Below, one piece after another: positions 19,089 to 30,566 of a DNA stretch of 64,000 nt. Within the stretch, counting starts at the first letter, position 1. Every line of letters starts with the position of its first letter. Source of the stretch: an uncultured Alphaproteobacteria bacterium (GTDB lineage: Bacteria; Pseudomonadota; Alphaproteobacteria; UBA7879; VGCX01); NCBI GenBank assembly GCA_913061155.1, contig CAJXSI010000002.1:1167-65166 (forward strand), in the 5' to 3' direction. The position numbers and the translations under genes are program-made. Under the pieces are notes generated by a model. It was not told where the DNA came from. It did no database searches and worked only from the letters and a program-made list of their open reading frames with translations.

Positions 19089-20995
19089 ACAATAACATTC
19101 GTAATTTTTGGCTTTTGACGATTATCGCCTTTGGCTTGTTCACCATATACAATATGTTTGATAATGGTAATGAGCAAAGTGGGGCCAAAATTATTGATTA
19201 TTCTGCCTTTAGAACAGCTGTCACACAAAACCAAATCAGCGAAGTTATCCTTAAGGGTGATACCGTTGTTGGTCGCCAAAATGATGGGCAAAAATTTATT
19301 ACCCGTGTTCCAGAAAATAACTTGTTTGCCGATGATTTGGCCAGTAAAGGCGTGAAAGTTGAAGCCGTTAACCGCGATGAAAACTATCCCTCTCTGTTCA
19401 GTGTCCTTATTTCTTGGTTCCCTATTTTATTATTTATTGGTGTTTGGGTTTACTTTTACCGTCAAATGCAATCTGGCGGCGGCGGTAAATCTATGGGATT
19501 TGGTAAATCAAAAGCAAAAATGCTGACCGAAGATAAATTAAAAATCACCTTCAAAGATGTTGCTGGTATTGAAGAAGCCAAAGATGAATTGGTGGAAATT
19601 GTCGACTTTTTAAAAGACCCCGAAAAATTCCACCGTATTGGCGGGCGCATCCCCAAAGGTGTCTTGTTAATGGGGTCACCTGGAACGGGTAAAACATTGT
19701 TGGCCAAGGCCATTGCGGGCGAAGCCCAAGTTCCTTTCTTTTCCATTTCAGGATCTGACTTTGTTGAAATGTTCGTTGGGGTGGGGGCCAGCCGTGTGCG
19801 TGACATGTTTGCGCAGGCTAAAAAGAACTGTCCTTGCATTATTTTCATTGATGAAATTGACGCTGTTGGACGTCATCGTGGGGCCGGCGTTGGCGGCGGC
19901 AATGATGAACGCGAACAAACTTTAAACCAATTATTGGTTGAAATGGACGGCTTTGATGAAAATGAAAGCGTTATCATAATTGCCGCCACCAACCGACCCG
20001 ATGTTCTGGACCCAGCTTTGATGCGTCCAGGCCGTTTTGACCGTCAAGTTGTTGTTCCATTACCGGATCTGGAAGGCCGTGAAGCCATTTTAAAAGTGCA
20101 TATGCGCAAGATTTCTTTGGCAGATGATATCAATGCAAAAGTTATTGCCCGGGGAACCCCTGGTTTTTCTGGGGCAGATCTTAGTAACCTTGTGAACGAA
20201 GGTGCCCTTTTGGCCGCGCGTCTTAATAAGCGTGTTGTCAGTATGGCCCATCTGGAAGAGGCCAAAGACAAAGTCATGATGGGGGCAGAACGCCGTTCCA
20301 TGATCATGACAGACGAAGAAAAAAAATTAACGGCTTATCATGAAGGTGGCCACGCCTTGGTTGCTTATTATATGGAAGACTCTGATCCCATTCACAAGGC
20401 AACCATTATTCCACGTGGGCGGGCTTTGGGTATGGTGATGCGCTTACCTGAAAAAGATCAAGTTTCTGTTACATTGGCCAAGTTAAAAGCTGACATTGCT
20501 GTTGCCATGGGGGGGCGTATTGCCGAAGAAATTATTTTTGGCAGAGAAAAAGTAACCACAGGGGCCTCTTCTGACATTCGGATGGCAACTGATTTGGCCA
20601 AGCGCATGGTCATGGAATGGGGGTTAAGTGAAAAGCTTGGACCCCTTGCATATGGCGCACCACAGCAAGAGGTATTCTTGGGACACTCTGTCACACAAAC
20701 CCAAGATATGTCAGAAAAAACACAGGAACTTGTGGATCAAGAAATCCGGCGTTCTGTAGATGATGGTTACGATGTTGCCTGTAAATTAATCAAAAAACAT
20801 ATTAAACAATTACATGCTTTGGCTGGGGCTATGTTGGAATTTGAAACCCTAAGTGGGGATGATATTGATAAGATCATGAAGGGAAAAAAGTTAGATCGTG
20901 ATCCACCTGCCAAAGGTAAAAAGAAAGCTGTGAAAAAGTCTAAGTCCTCGATCCCGGGAATGTCTGGACCAACACCGGCACCGCAAGGGGCATAA
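19085..20995 (+). CDS. ftsH: ATP-dependent zinc metalloprotease FtsH
   Basis: Two N-terminal TMs, AAA+ Walker A …[13 protein letters not shown]…, second region of homology, HEGGHAL zinc motif. Confidence 0.95.
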   Translation: MNNNIRNFWLLTIIAFGLFTIYNMFDNGNEQSGAKIIDYSAFRTAVTQNQISEVILKGDTVVGRQNDGQKFITRVPENNLFADDLASKGVKVEAVNRDENYPSLFSVLISWFPILLFIGVWVYFYRQMQSGGGGKSMGFGKSKAKMLTEDKLKITFKDVAGIEEAKDELVEIVDFLKDPEKFHRIGGRIPKGVLLMGSPGTGKTLLAKAIAGEAQVPFFSISGSDFVEMFVGVGASRVRDMFAQAKKNCPCIIFIDEIDAVGRHRGAGVGGGNDEREQTLNQLLVEMDGFDENESVIIIAATNRPDVLDPALMRPGRFDRQVVVPLPDLEGREAILKVHMRKISLADDINAKVIARGTPGFSGADLSNLVNEGALLAARLNKRVVSMAHLEEAKDKVMMGAERRSMIMTDEEKKLTAYHEGGHALVAYYMEDSDPIHKATIIPRGRALGMVMRLPEKDQVSVTLAKLKADIAVAMGGRIAEEIIFGREKVTTGASSDIRMATDLAKRMVMEWGLSEKLGPLAYGAPQQEVFLGHSVTQTQDMSEKTQELVDQEIRRSVDDGYDVACKLIKKHIKQLHALAGAMLEFETLSGDDIDKIMKGKKLDRDPPAKGKKKAVKKSKSSIPGMSGPTPAPQGA

Positions 20996-20997
20996 TC

Positions 20998-22347
20998 GTG
21001 ACGCGCAAAATATTTGGTACAGATGGCATTCGGTCCTTGGTTAATCGTGGGCCGTTGACCCCTGGGACTATTTTAAATGTGGCCCAGGCAACGGGCTTGC
21101 AATTTATGCGTGGGGATCACCGCCATCTGGTCATCATTGCAAAAGACACACGGCTATCTGGTTATATGCTGGAACCTGCTTTGACCGCGGGATTTACCTC
21201 TGTCGGAATGGATGTCATTTTGGTTGGGCCCATGCCAACACCCGCCGTTTCTATGTTAATTCGATCTTTGCGGGCAGATTTGGGCATCATGATTTCGGCT
21301 TCGCACAACCCTGCTGACGATAATGGCATTAAAATTTTTGGACCTGATGGACAAAAGCTGCCTGATTCTGTTGAAAAGGATATAGAGGCCAAAGCCGATT
21401 CTTTGACAGAAACTGACCTGGTTATACCGTCTAAACTGGGGCGCGCCCGTCGTTTGGACGATGCCCCTGGTCGTTATATCGAACACGTCAAAAGCACTTT
21501 TCCAAAGGGCAAAACGTTGCAAGGCCTTAAAATTGTTATTGATTGTGCCAATGGGGCTGCTTATAAAATTGCCCCAACCGTTCTATGGGAACTGGGCGCC
21601 GAAATTATTCCAATTGGGATCCACCCAGATGGGCGCAATATCAATCAGAATTGTGGTGCCACATCCACAGATGCCTTGCAAAAAAGTGTCGTTGATAACA
21701 AAGCAGATATTGGCATCGCCCTGGATGGGGACGCCGACCGTATTATTGTATCCGATGAAAAAGGGCATATTGTTGATGGGGATCAATTGATCGCAACCCT
21801 TGCATGTCATTGGCAAGAAAATGATAAATTAAATCATAATACTGTTGTTACCACCTTGATGTCCAACATTGGCCTTGAAAATTATTTGGCGACAAAGGGT
21901 ATTAAAATGATCCGTACCCAGGTGGGGGATCGATATGTTTCTGCTGAAATGTTGAACAATAATTATAACCTTGGGGGCGAACAGTCTGGTCATATTATCC
22001 TAAGTGATTATGGTACAACAGGGGATGGTTTATTGGCTGGATTACAAATTCTGTCCATTTTGGTGGAATCCCGCCAGCCCGCCAGCAAAGTATTACAGAA
22101 ATTTAAGGCAGTGCCCCAATCCCTTAAAAATTATAGATTCAAAGATCAAACACTTCTTGAAAATTCAATAGTAAAAAATTGTATGGATGTGGCTGAAAAG
22201 AAATTAACGGATGCCGGTGGGCGTTTGCTTATTCGAAAATCAGGGACAGAGCCTTTGGTTCGCGTTATGGCTGAATGTGAAGACGCAGATCTTTTGAACA
22301 CGGCAATTGATGATGTGATTCAGTGTCTGGAAAAAACAGATAAATAG
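20998..22347 (+). CDS. glmM: Phosphoglucosamine mutase (GTG start)
   Basis: …KIFGTDGIRS… and the phosphoserine loop …GIMISASHNP…. Confidence 0.9.
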   Translation: MTRKIFGTDGIRSLVNRGPLTPGTILNVAQATGLQFMRGDHRHLVIIAKDTRLSGYMLEPALTAGFTSVGMDVILVGPMPTPAVSMLIRSLRADLGIMISASHNPADDNGIKIFGPDGQKLPDSVEKDIEAKADSLTETDLVIPSKLGRARRLDDAPGRYIEHVKSTFPKGKTLQGLKIVIDCANGAAYKIAPTVLWELGAEIIPIGIHPDGRNINQNCGATSTDALQKSVVDNKADIGIALDGDADRIIVSDEKGHIVDGDQLIATLACHWQENDKLNHNTVVTTLMSNIGLENYLATKGIKMIRTQVGDRYVSAEMLNNNYNLGGEQSGHIILSDYGTTGDGLLAGLQILSILVESRQPASKVLQKFKAVPQSLKNYRFKDQTLLENSIVKNCMDVAEKKLTDAGGRLLIRKSGTEPLVRVMAECEDADLLNTAIDDVIQCLEKTDK

Positions 22348-22464
22348 ATCACCTAAGTTAATGACGGCGCATACTTTTTATAAAGCTTACCAATGATCGA
22401 ACGTTTTCATAAATCCGAAGACCGTTTATAATTGGGCCCCCCCATTGATCGGGGGCGGTTGAAA

Positions 22465-23337
22465 TTATTTTTTGCCCTGGGCTTTCCTCATTGGGTTTAC
22501 GCTTGAAAAACTTATGTCAGATGCTGCCCCTGCAGCATGTCCCGCAAAATCCACACCACTATAACCAGAAGATGCTGCCGCAGCGGCGGCAGGATCTCCA
22601 GTGCCTGTTGCCCCCAGGCCAGAAACATGCCGGCGCAATGCGTCGCGTATACTTGATTCTGGATCAGCACTTTCTGCGCCGGCATCTACGGTTGATTCAT
22701 AATCATCATAGGACAAACCTGCCCTTACTGCCTCTGTCGCCACAGCATCAGATAACCGCATAATTTTTGTCAGCAAATGAATGGCTTTGACCGTTACATC
22801 CCCTGCGGGCAACCCATCAAACCATTTCCCGAATGTATGCGGCGCAATTCCTTTTTCATGGGCTTTTCCTATGAGGTCATTTATTTGGTCCTCAATCTCA
22901 GAAAATGATCTTAACTCTCCTTCTTTTTTATATTGTGCACACAATACCCATATGATCTTTCTTTTTTCATCTACATTTCCACCATCAAAGTCATCTTTAT
23001 GAGTGCTTTCAATAAATCTTTTTAACTGTTCGCCAGTTACAGGAAATTCTGGTATTCCATAAAATAAACTTACAGGGATTCCTGATGATCTTGATATTTC
23101 TTCCCTTTTAAGTTTTTGGCCTTTAACCAACCTCCATACATCATCAGAAGTTGATTCCCCTTTTTTCATGGCCCTAAACTGCTCAAAAATTTCATCTTGA
23201 CTTAAGACACCGTTTGTTGATCTCCACATTTTTAAAGCAGCCCTTCTTTCTTTGTTTGAAAATTCATCTGCTGCAGATAAAGTTATGTTACTTAATAGTA
23301 AAAAAAAGACCCCTAAAACTATTGTATTAATTCTCAT
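22465..23337 (-). CDS. Secreted hypothetical protein with an Ala/Gly-rich C-terminus and Lys-rich tail. This is the partner of OMP paralog B.
   Basis: Signal peptide MRINTIVLGVFFLLLSNITLSAAD. C-terminus …GATGTGDPAAAAAASSGYSGVDFAGHAAGAAS…RKAQGKK. Starts 23 nt downstream of 23361-24098. Confidence 0.55.
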   Translation of the reverse strand: MRINTIVLGVFFLLLSNITLSAADEFSNKERRAALKMWRSTNGVLSQDEIFEQFRAMKKGESTSDDVWRLVKGQKLKREEISRSSGIPVSLFYGIPEFPVTGEQLKRFIESTHKDDFDGGNVDEKRKIIWVLCAQYKKEGELRSFSEIEDQINDLIGKAHEKGIAPHTFGKWFDGLPAGDVTVKAIHLLTKIMRLSDAVATEAVRAGLSYDDYESTVDAGAESADPESSIRDALRRHVSGLGATGTGDPAAAAAASSGYSGVDFAGHAAGAASDISFSSVNPMRKAQGKK

Positions 23338-23360
23338 ACTTATTATTCCCTGCTATTGTT

Positions 23361-24098
23361 TTAAATTCTTTTTGATAACGTGATAAAGACTGTATGGTAT
23401 TCAGGCTTTGTTTTTGTCATAATATTGAATTTTGAAGGGCTATAATCCCCTGACATTTTTAATTCTTGATACCTGGAATATTGGTACCGAATACCTGCTT
23501 CCATCCCATTAAAATCCAAGGAAGCCCCAACCCAAGGCGCCAGACCAAGTTTATATTTTTTCTTATTTACATCTGAAACTGTAGGAGAGTAATCTGCCGA
23601 TGGCGCGCTTTCCATTTCAAATCTGGAATACAAAAGATCCATGCCTATTTTTGCACTTAGGGCAGAGTTAATTTGTTTTCTGGCACCAATACTAACTGAA
23701 AAAGTATGTTTTCTGTTTAGTTTAACAATGCTGATTTCTGGCTCATCCGGCGGAGTGGCTGAATCAAATGTATCATCTAAAGTTAATATTTTTGCATGTT
23801 TTGCAGTCAGCCCATCATACAGATAACCAGATTCAAAAAAAATCGGCAAGGTATCCATTTCATATCCAAAGAATAACTTTCCTGCAAATGCGCCATTGTG
23901 TTTTAGGCGACGGCCACCAAAATAATGATATTCTATTGGTCGTCCCATTTCCACTCTATCTTGTGCACTGGCGTAGACATCGTTTTGCATATCGGCAAAG
24001 TTAAGGCCGGCACCCAGGCCTATATAGTAATTGCCTTCTGCCTTTGTGCCACACGCGCCAATAATAAAGATAAGTAAGAATTTATAGAATGCCTTCAC
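23361..24098 (-). CDS. Outer-membrane beta-barrel-type protein, paralog B
   Basis: Signal or lipoprotein-like N-terminus (…FIIGACGTKAEG). Shares blocks with 10206-10964, down to the C-terminal KPEYHTVFITLSKRI. Confidence 0.6.
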   Translation of the reverse strand: MKAFYKFLLIFIIGACGTKAEGNYYIGLGAGLNFADMQNDVYASAQDRVEMGRPIEYHYFGGRRLKHNGAFAGKLFFGYEMDTLPIFFESGYLYDGLTAKHAKILTLDDTFDSATPPDEPEISIVKLNRKHTFSVSIGARKQINSALSAKIGMDLLYSRFEMESAPSADYSPTVSDVNKKKYKLGLAPWVGASLDFNGMEAGIRYQYSRYQELKMSGDYSPSKFNIMTKTKPEYHTVFITLSKRI

Positions 24099-24209
24099 CT
24101 GATAACCCCTTGTGATTTATTTATATTTTATATATAGTAAATTAATATATTTTGTTGAGGGATGCAAACATATTTATAAACACCAACATCCCCTTTTTTG
24201 ATTTTCAGA

Positions 24210-27200
24210 TTATGCTTTCTTGCTACGCCAAGTGCGGTAATTCTCACGCAGTTGCAAGGCGCAAGGGGTGACAATCAATGTAAAGATTGATGCAAAGAAA
24301 ACCCCGAATACAATGGCACTGGCCAGCTGTACCCACCACTCACTGGACGGCGCCCCAATGGTGATATAACGGGACAGGAAATCAATATCCATCCGGAATA
24401 AAATCGGCAGCAACCCCAAAATGGTTGTAATTTGCGTTAACAAAATGGGCCGCAAACGTTGGGCTGCTGTTCTTAAAATGGCCTCTGTTTTATTGGCTGT
24501 CTGGCTTTTTAAATCATCAAATGTATCAATGAAAATAATGTTATTACTGACAATAATACCGGCCAGGGCGATAACGCCAATCCCACTCATCACGATACTG
24601 AAAGCTTGGTTCATGACAAGCAATCCAACCAGAACCCCAACAGTGGAAAGACCAATAGAACTGATAACCAGCATTGAACTGAAAAAGCTGTTGAATTGGG
24701 TGACCAAGATAATAACAATTAAAAAGATCGCAATCATGAAGGCCTTGATTAAAAATGATCCAGTTTCTTTTTTATCTTCTTCTTCGCCTTTAAAGGTGAC
24801 TTTGACTTTTTTATTCCCAGGGTTTTTTTGTAACCAACTTTGAATTTCTTTTACTTTGTCATTAACCAAAAATTGACTGTTCACATTGGCTTGAACATTC
24901 ATGTAGGGTTTTCCATCAATTCGTTCAATGGATGCCACCCGTTGTTTCGCGATCCGCTTGACAAAATTTGTAATGGGGACTTGACCATTTTTATTTTGAA
25001 TACGAATTTGATCCAGTTGATCCAGATTGCGATATTTTTCAGGGAATCGGACAACCACATCAATTTCATCCCGACTGTCTTCGGGGCGGTAAGTACCAAA
25101 TTTCATGCCGTCTGCAACAAGTTGGGTGATGGCCCCCACGCCCATTACATCGGCACCATATTTTCCAGCCTCAGAACGATCGATTTTTAATTCCCATTCA
25201 ATACCTGGCTTTGGTTTCGAATCTTCGATATCTTCAATTCCTTTAACTGTTTTCAAGTAATTTTCAATACGATCGACCTCCGGGGCCAACAGATCATAAT
25301 CATCCGCAGAGATTTCAATATCAATAGGCTTTCCTTTTTGAGGGCCTTTTTTATTGGTCTTTAATTCAACAATTACACCCGGAATATTATTGACGTTTTT
25401 CAAGGTGCGCTCCAAAACCACATTTGATTTTTCACGATTCTGCCAGTGAATTAATTCAACTGTAATGGCCCCAATGGTGTCTTCAGAAAATTCCCGGTTT
25501 TGTAAATTTCCTGCCTTTGTATAAATGGTTTTAAATTCTTTTGTATTAAGAATTTGGGTTTCAACTTTTCTGGCAAGGCGGTCTTTTTCTTTAACAGATA
25601 AATTACCACGGGCCTTTACCATATAGATGGCAGAGTCAGGTTCGATGTTTGGAAAAAATTCAATGCCGCGCCCAAAAGTGGAATATAAAAAGATAACAGA
25701 ACATAAAATAACAGAGGATCCAATTAATGTTTTCCCCGGCATTTCAACAAAGCCTTTCAGGGTGTTGACATAATATCCGGCAATGCCCTTGATGTCTTCG
25801 ATCTTGCCAGTTTCGGCAGCAATAATTGATTTAATGGCGGCTTTATCAGGTTGGGCAACGTTACCAAATAAACTGCCCAAGGCTGGGATGAAAATCAAGG
25901 CCACGAATAAAGAGGACGTTAAGGTTGCAATTAAGGTAATGGGCATAAATTTCATGAACTGCCCAACAACCCCTGGCCAGAAAAGCAAGGGCATAAACAC
26001 AACCAAAACAGTAACGGTTGATGTGATAACAGGAAGGGCCATTCGAATAGATGCCTCTTTATACGCTGCCAACTTGCTTTTGCCTTCGATCATTTTTCGG
26101 TCAGCATATTCAACCACAATGATGGCCCCATCAACCAGCATGCCGACTGATAAAATCAAACTAAAAAGAACAACAATATTTAAGGTATATCCCATTAATC
26201 CCAGAATAAAAATTCCCGCAAGAAAGGATGTTGGAATGGCCGTCCCCACAAGTAATCCAGATCGCCATCCCAAGGCAGTGATAATAATGACCATCACCAA
26301 AATGATTGCCATAATAATATTATTTTGCAGTTCTGATAGCATGTCACGAATGCGTTGCGAATCATCTTGGGCAAAAGTTACGGAAACTTTGCCTTTATAG
26401 GGTTTTAAAAATTGAATAGTTTTTTCGCGAACTTGCTCTATCGTTTCAATAATATTTTCGCCCATACGTTTTGATACTTCAACAATGATGGCAGGTCGTC
26501 CCTTGTCCCGGGCATAAGACAATCTGTCTTTGTAAGTTCGTTTAACATTTGCCACATCCTTTAATCGAAGGACAGAATCAGTGCCGCTTGTCTTAAGGGG
26601 AAGGTTGGCAATTTCTTGGACATTTTCCAAAAGGCCAGGGGCTTTTAACATGAAACTACCCGCACCAGATTTAATATTTCCTGATGGAACCATAATATTG
26701 TTACTGCTGAATAATTGCATTACATCTGATAAAGATATGTTGAAACTTTCAAGATGCATCGGGTCGATGATAACCTCTACAACTTCTTCTCGGTTGCCTA
26801 AGACTTTGGCCTCTAGAACACTTTTGATGGTTTCAATTTCATCTTGCAAATCCCGCCCAATATTGAACAGCGTACGTTCAGGAATATCGCCCGCAATTTG
26901 AATAACCAGGACAGGAAAAAGGCTGATATTAATTTCTTTAACAATGGGATCGTCCGAATCCATGGGTAAATCTGCTTTGGCTGTATCAATTTTATCGCGC
27001 ACATCAAGCAAGGCTTTGTCGATATTATGACCGGCATAAAATTCCAAAATAAACGTGCCAAAATCTTCGCTGGCGATGGCTTTGATTTCTTTTAAGCCTT
27101 CGATGCTGCGGACATGCTGTTCAATCGGTTTTAAAATCAGTCGTTCAGAATCTTCGGGGGAAATACCTTGGTGATGAATACTGACATAGACGATGGGGAT

Positions 27201-27326
27201 TTTAACATCAGGGGCAGATTCTTTCGGAATGGTGACATAGGTGTAAAGGCCGCCAATGAACAAAAAGAAGAACAGCAAAAGAACAGTACGTACATGATTT
27301 AAACAAAAATTAATTAACTGATGCAT
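24210..27326 (-). CDS. RND efflux transporter permease (AcrB/AcrD/AcrF family, 1038 aa)
   Basis: 12-TM topology with two large periplasmic loops. Conserved …GLLVGTAIPTSFLAGIFILGLMGYTLNIVVLFSLILSVGMLVDGAIIVVE… TM4 region. Confidence 0.9.
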   Translation of the reverse strand: MHQLINFCLNHVRTVLLLFFFLFIGGLYTYVTIPKESAPDVKIPIVYVSIHHQGISPEDSERLILKPIEQHVRSIEGLKEIKAIASEDFGTFILEFYAGHNIDKALLDVRDKIDTAKADLPMDSDDPIVKEINISLFPVLVIQIAGDIPERTLFNIGRDLQDEIETIKSVLEAKVLGNREEVVEVIIDPMHLESFNISLSDVMQLFSSNNIMVPSGNIKSGAGSFMLKAPGLLENVQEIANLPLKTSGTDSVLRLKDVANVKRTYKDRLSYARDKGRPAIIVEVSKRMGENIIETIEQVREKTIQFLKPYKGKVSVTFAQDDSQRIRDMLSELQNNIIMAIILVMVIIITALGWRSGLLVGTAIPTSFLAGIFILGLMGYTLNIVVLFSLILSVGMLVDGAIIVVEYADRKMIEGKSKLAAYKEASIRMALPVITSTVTVLVVFMPLLFWPGVVGQFMKFMPITLIATLTSSLFVALIFIPALGSLFGNVAQPDKAAIKSIIAAETGKIEDIKGIAGYYVNTLKGFVEMPGKTLIGSSVILCSVIFLYSTFGRGIEFFPNIEPDSAIYMVKARGNLSVKEKDRLARKVETQILNTKEFKTIYTKAGNLQNREFSEDTIGAITVELIHWQNREKSNVVLERTLKNVNNIPGVIVELKTNKKGPQKGKPIDIEISADDYDLLAPEVDRIENYLKTVKGIEDIEDSKPKPGIEWELKIDRSEAGKYGADVMGVGAITQLVADGMKFGTYRPEDSRDEIDVVVRFPEKYRNLDQLDQIRIQNKNGQVPITNFVKRIAKQRVASIERIDGKPYMNVQANVNSQFLVNDKVKEIQSWLQKNPGNKKVKVTFKGEEEDKKETGSFLIKAFMIAIFLIVIILVTQFNSFFSSMLVISSIGLSTVGVLVGLLVMNQAFSIVMSGIGVIALAGIIVSNNIIFIDTFDDLKSQTANKTEAILRTAAQRLRPILLTQITTILGLLPILFRMDIDFLSRYITIGAPSSEWWVQLASAIVFGVFFASIFTLIVTPCALQLRENYRTWRSKKA

Positions 27327-27329
27327 GGC

Positions 27330-28400
27330 TTATTCGTTCATTTCCACAGGGACGACAGTATTGCCTTCTTTTACAAATTCGTGACCAACTGTAATAATAC
27401 GAATACTATCAGGTAGGCCGGCAATCCATAAGCAGTCGCTGCTGGATTCAACCATTTCAGCCGGATAAAATTCCACAATATTGGCCGCGTTAACCGTTTT
27501 TATGCCGTAAACGCCTTCGTCAGATAATGTCAAAGAACTGGAGGGAACCTTGTGTGCCATAGATTCTTTTAAGGGTAATTTAACGGATGCAGAAATGCCG
27601 GCTGGAATTTCAAAGTCAGGATTGTATATTTTTATTTCAACCCGGAATGTGTGTGTATTTGGATCTGCCACAGTTGAAATGTATGAAATAACCCCTTGAA
27701 TTTTTGTTCCATCTGTAAGAACAACATCTACATTTTTACCTTTTTCAAGATACTTGTAATGTCTTTCTTCCACGTAAACAACAATCAACAAGGGATCCAA
27801 TTCAACAAATGTTGCCAGAGGTGTGTTTGAAAATTCAGAAACAATACCCCCAATTTCAACATCATATTTATTCAAGATTCCATTAAAGGGGGCTTTTATA
27901 ACAGAGTTATTTAAATCAATTTGGGCTTTCTTATAATCAGCCCGGGCCTTTTCCAAATCTGCCAAAGATTTTGCCAAAGAAGTTTTGGATCGATAGTTTT
28001 TCTTTGCCAATTTCCTGGCAGCGGTATATTCCAGTTCCCGCTGGCTTAATAAGGCTTTGGCACTTTGTAATTTTTCTTTGCGGTCTTCCAATTTCAGGGT
28101 AATAAGTTTTTGGCCTTCTTTAACAAAATCCCCTTCTTTTACGTGCCTGTTTTGCACAGTTCCATCTGTTTCTGCCCGAATAATAACTTTGCGTCCAGCC
28201 TCTGTTTTTCCATTTAATTCAAGATTAAGGATATGTGGAACAGCTTCGGATGTTTTTACTTGGACAGAAAATAATTTTCCATAATCTGTATTTTGGTTTT
28301 TTTCCCCTTCAGGTGTTGAAGGGAATAAAAAGCCCGATCCAAACCAAACAGTAAGAATCAAAAGGATAAAGGCAGATATAATATAAGATGATTTTTTCAT
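27330..28400 (-). CDS. RND efflux periplasmic adaptor (membrane-fusion protein)
   Basis: N-terminal anchor, coiled-coil hairpin (…LQSAKALLSQRELEYTAARKLAKKNYRSKTSLAKSLADLEKARADYKKAQIDL…), beta-barrel domain. Stop lies 4 nt before the permease start. Confidence 0.8.
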   Translation of the reverse strand: MKKSSYIISAFILLILTVWFGSGFLFPSTPEGEKNQNTDYGKLFSVQVKTSEAVPHILNLELNGKTEAGRKVIIRAETDGTVQNRHVKEGDFVKEGQKLITLKLEDRKEKLQSAKALLSQRELEYTAARKLAKKNYRSKTSLAKSLADLEKARADYKKAQIDLNNSVIKAPFNGILNKYDVEIGGIVSEFSNTPLATFVELDPLLIVVYVEERHYKYLEKGKNVDVVLTDGTKIQGVISYISTVADPNTHTFRVEIKIYNPDFEIPAGISASVKLPLKESMAHKVPSSSLTLSDEGVYGIKTVNAANIVEFYPAEMVESSSDCLWIAGLPDSIRIITVGHEFVKEGNTVVPVEMNE

Positions 28401-28546
28401 GACTATAACTTTATAAATTAAGGATTAACCATACCATATTTATCAGGAATTAAAATAGGAAAGCTGATGAAATACTTTGGGCAAAAAATTAAGTTTTCAT
28501 CTGTTGCATATGGTGTACAATAAAAAAATATTAAGGGAGTTTAAAT

Positions 28547-28672
28547 ATGAAATCTAAGAAGTTTTTATTAGCCATGCTGGCCTTAATGGCCTTAACAAGT
28601 TGCGAACCTTTATTTTGTGAATGTTATAAAGACAAGAACAATACGGCTTGGGCAAAGAAAGACAAAATTTAA
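28547..28672 (+). CDS. Possible small lipoprotein (41 aa)
   Basis: SD AAGGGAG 7 nt upstream. MKSKKFLLAMLALMALTSC lipobox. Below the ORF-track length cutoff. Convergent 4-nt overlap with rlmE. Confidence 0.3.
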   Translation: MKSKKFLLAMLALMALTSCEPLFCECYKDKNNTAWAKKDKI

Positions 28673-29367
28673 TCTTCTTTCTTTTTGAACCCAATCGCGA
28701 CAACGAACATTTCGGATGAATCTTTGCGGCTTGATGGCGGTTTGAAATGATGCACTTTGTCAAAATTTTGTTTTAATCTTTTTAAGATTTCTTGTTCCGT
28801 TCCCCCTTGGAAAACTTTGGCAACGAATGTACCACCAGGGGCCATGATTTGTTCAGAAAAATCATAAGCCATTTCGACCAAGGACATAATGCGCAAGTGA
28901 TCTGTGTTTTTATGCCCCGTCGTTGGGGGCGCCATATCACTTAATACTAAATCAGCCGGCCCAGTCATTTTGCTTTTTAATTGATCGGGGGCGTCATGGT
29001 CTTCGAAATCCATTTGCATGACTGTTACGCCTGGCATAGGCTCCATTTCTAAAATATCGAGGGCCAGAACTTCATTTCCAGGTTTTGTTGTATCGATATG
29101 TTGGGTTAATATTTGACACCATCCACCAGGGGCTGCCCCAAGATCTACCACCCGCATATTGGGCTTAATAATATTATATTTTTCATTAATCTGAAGTAGT
29201 TTAAAAGCCGCACGGGAACGATATCCCATACGCTGGGCCTCTTGCGTATAGGGATCATTCAGCTGGCGTTGCAACCATCGTTGGGAAGAAATCGACCGGC
29301 CACGGCTTTTTTTTAACTTAACCGTTAAATTGCGGCTGCCTGATCCTTTTGTGCTTTTTGTTGACAT
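28669..29367 (-). CDS. rlmE: 23S rRNA (uridine2552-2'-O)-methyltransferase RlmE/FtsJ. The start is taken at M9 of the ORF; the ORF is open to 29391.
   Basis: …[36 protein letters not shown]… SAM-binding motif. Confidence 0.8.
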   Translation of the reverse strand: MSTKSTKGSGSRNLTVKLKKSRGRSISSQRWLQRQLNDPYTQEAQRMGYRSRAAFKLLQINEKYNIIKPNMRVVDLGAAPGGWCQILTQHIDTTKPGNEVLALDILEMEPMPGVTVMQMDFEDHDAPDQLKSKMTGPADLVLSDMAPPTTGHKNTDHLRIMSLVEMAYDFSEQIMAPGGTFVAKVFQGGTEQEILKRLKQNFDKVHHFKPPSSRKDSSEMFVVAIGFKKKED

Positions 29368-30566
29368 GATGTTAATCCGAATTCTTTCCAAACTGTTGTT
29401 AAACTTTTAATAAGATGATCAATCATCTCTGGGGTATGATACGGCGTTACAGTAATGCGCAGCCTTTCTTGCCCTTTTGGGACAGTCGGGTAATTAATGG
29501 GTTGAATATATATCTGATAATTTTTCAACAACGCATCACTGATCCCTTTGCAATTCTCTGCATTCCTAACCATTACAGGAATAATATGGCTTTCGCTATC
29601 CAAAAATTCAATAGGGGTCTGTCTCAGCTGGCTTTTGACCAAGGAAACCTTTTGATGCATTTGCAATCGTTCAGTCGGATCTTTGCGAATATGTTGAAGG
29701 CTTGCCAAGGCACCAGCCGCGATAGAAGGGGGTAGGGACGTTGTGAAAATAAAAGGGGAAGCATGACTGCGGATGAAATCAACCGTTTCTGCATTGGCAG
29801 TAATATACCCGCCAAGCACACCAATGGCCTTGCCAAAGTTGGCACAAATAATATCAATATCATTCTGTAGGCCAAGTTCATCAACAATGCCAGCCCCATT
29901 TGGTCCATAAAGACCAACGGCATGAACCTCGTCAATATAGGTCAAGGCTTTGTATTTTTTGGCCAGGGCACATATTTCTTTGATGGGGGCAATATCACCA
30001 GCCATGGAATAAACAGATTCAAACGCAATGATTTTTGGACGATGGGGGTCGATGCTTTGTAATAATTCTTCTAAATGGGCCACATCATTATGGCGGAAAA
30101 TCATTTTTTCTGCTTTTGAATATCGGATTCCATGAATCATGGATGCATGATTTTGAACGTCTGATAAGATAACACAGTTGGGGAGGCGGCTTGCCAATGT
30201 GGATAAGGCTGATTCATTTGCGACATAGCCTGATGTGAATAATAGGGCACTATCTTTTTTGTGTAGGTTGGCCAATTCTTGTTCAAGTTTTGTATGCCAA
30301 TGATGGGTTCCGCCAATATTGCGTGTGCCACCTGATCCAGCCCCATCTTGATCCAAGGCTTGGTGCATTGCCTTGACAACAGCGGGGTGGTTGCCCATGC
30401 CAAGATAGTCATTAGAACACCAGATCGTAATTTCTTGGGATTGCCCCTTGTTTTGATATTTCGCGCGCGGGAAAGCCCCTGGAATTTTTTCCAGTTCAAT
30501 AAAAACCCGGTAACGCCCTTCAAGTTTAAGGTGATCCAAGGATTGTCTGAATATTTCTTTGTACAT
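29325..30566 (-). CDS. hemA: 5-aminolevulinate synthase, the alphaproteobacterial C4 pathway enzyme. Start taken at the ATG preceded by AAGGGA; the ORF is open to 30644.
   Basis: …[22 protein letters not shown]… and the PLP-lysine region …[16 protein letters not shown]…, class-II aminotransferase fold. Confidence 0.85.
   Translation of the reverse strand: MYKEIFRQSLDHLKLEGRYRVFIELEKIPGAFPRAKYQNKGQSQEITIWCSNDYLGMGNHPAVVKAMHQALDQDGAGSGGTRNIGGTHHWHTKLEQELANLHKKDSALLFTSGYVANESALSTLASRLPNCVILSDVQNHASMIHGIRYSKAEKMIFRHNDVAHLEELLQSIDPHRPKIIAFESVYSMAGDIAPIKEICALAKKYKALTYIDEVHAVGLYGPNGAGIVDELGLQNDIDIICANFGKAIGVLGGYITANAETVDFIRSHASPFIFTTSLPPSIAAGALASLQHIRKDPTERLQMHQKVSLVKSQLRQTPIEFLDSESHIIPVMVRNAENCKGISDALLKNYQIYIQPINYPTVPKGQERLRITVTPYHTPEMIDHLIKSLTTVWKEFGLTSCQQKAQKDQAAAI

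Noticed and set aside
24421-26901. Internal same- or opposite-strand ORFs inside the RND permease gene (24421-24843, 25783-26400, 26581-26901)
   Set aside because: They are fully embedded in a 1038-aa conserved AcrB-family reading frame. They are hydrophobic antisense artefacts.
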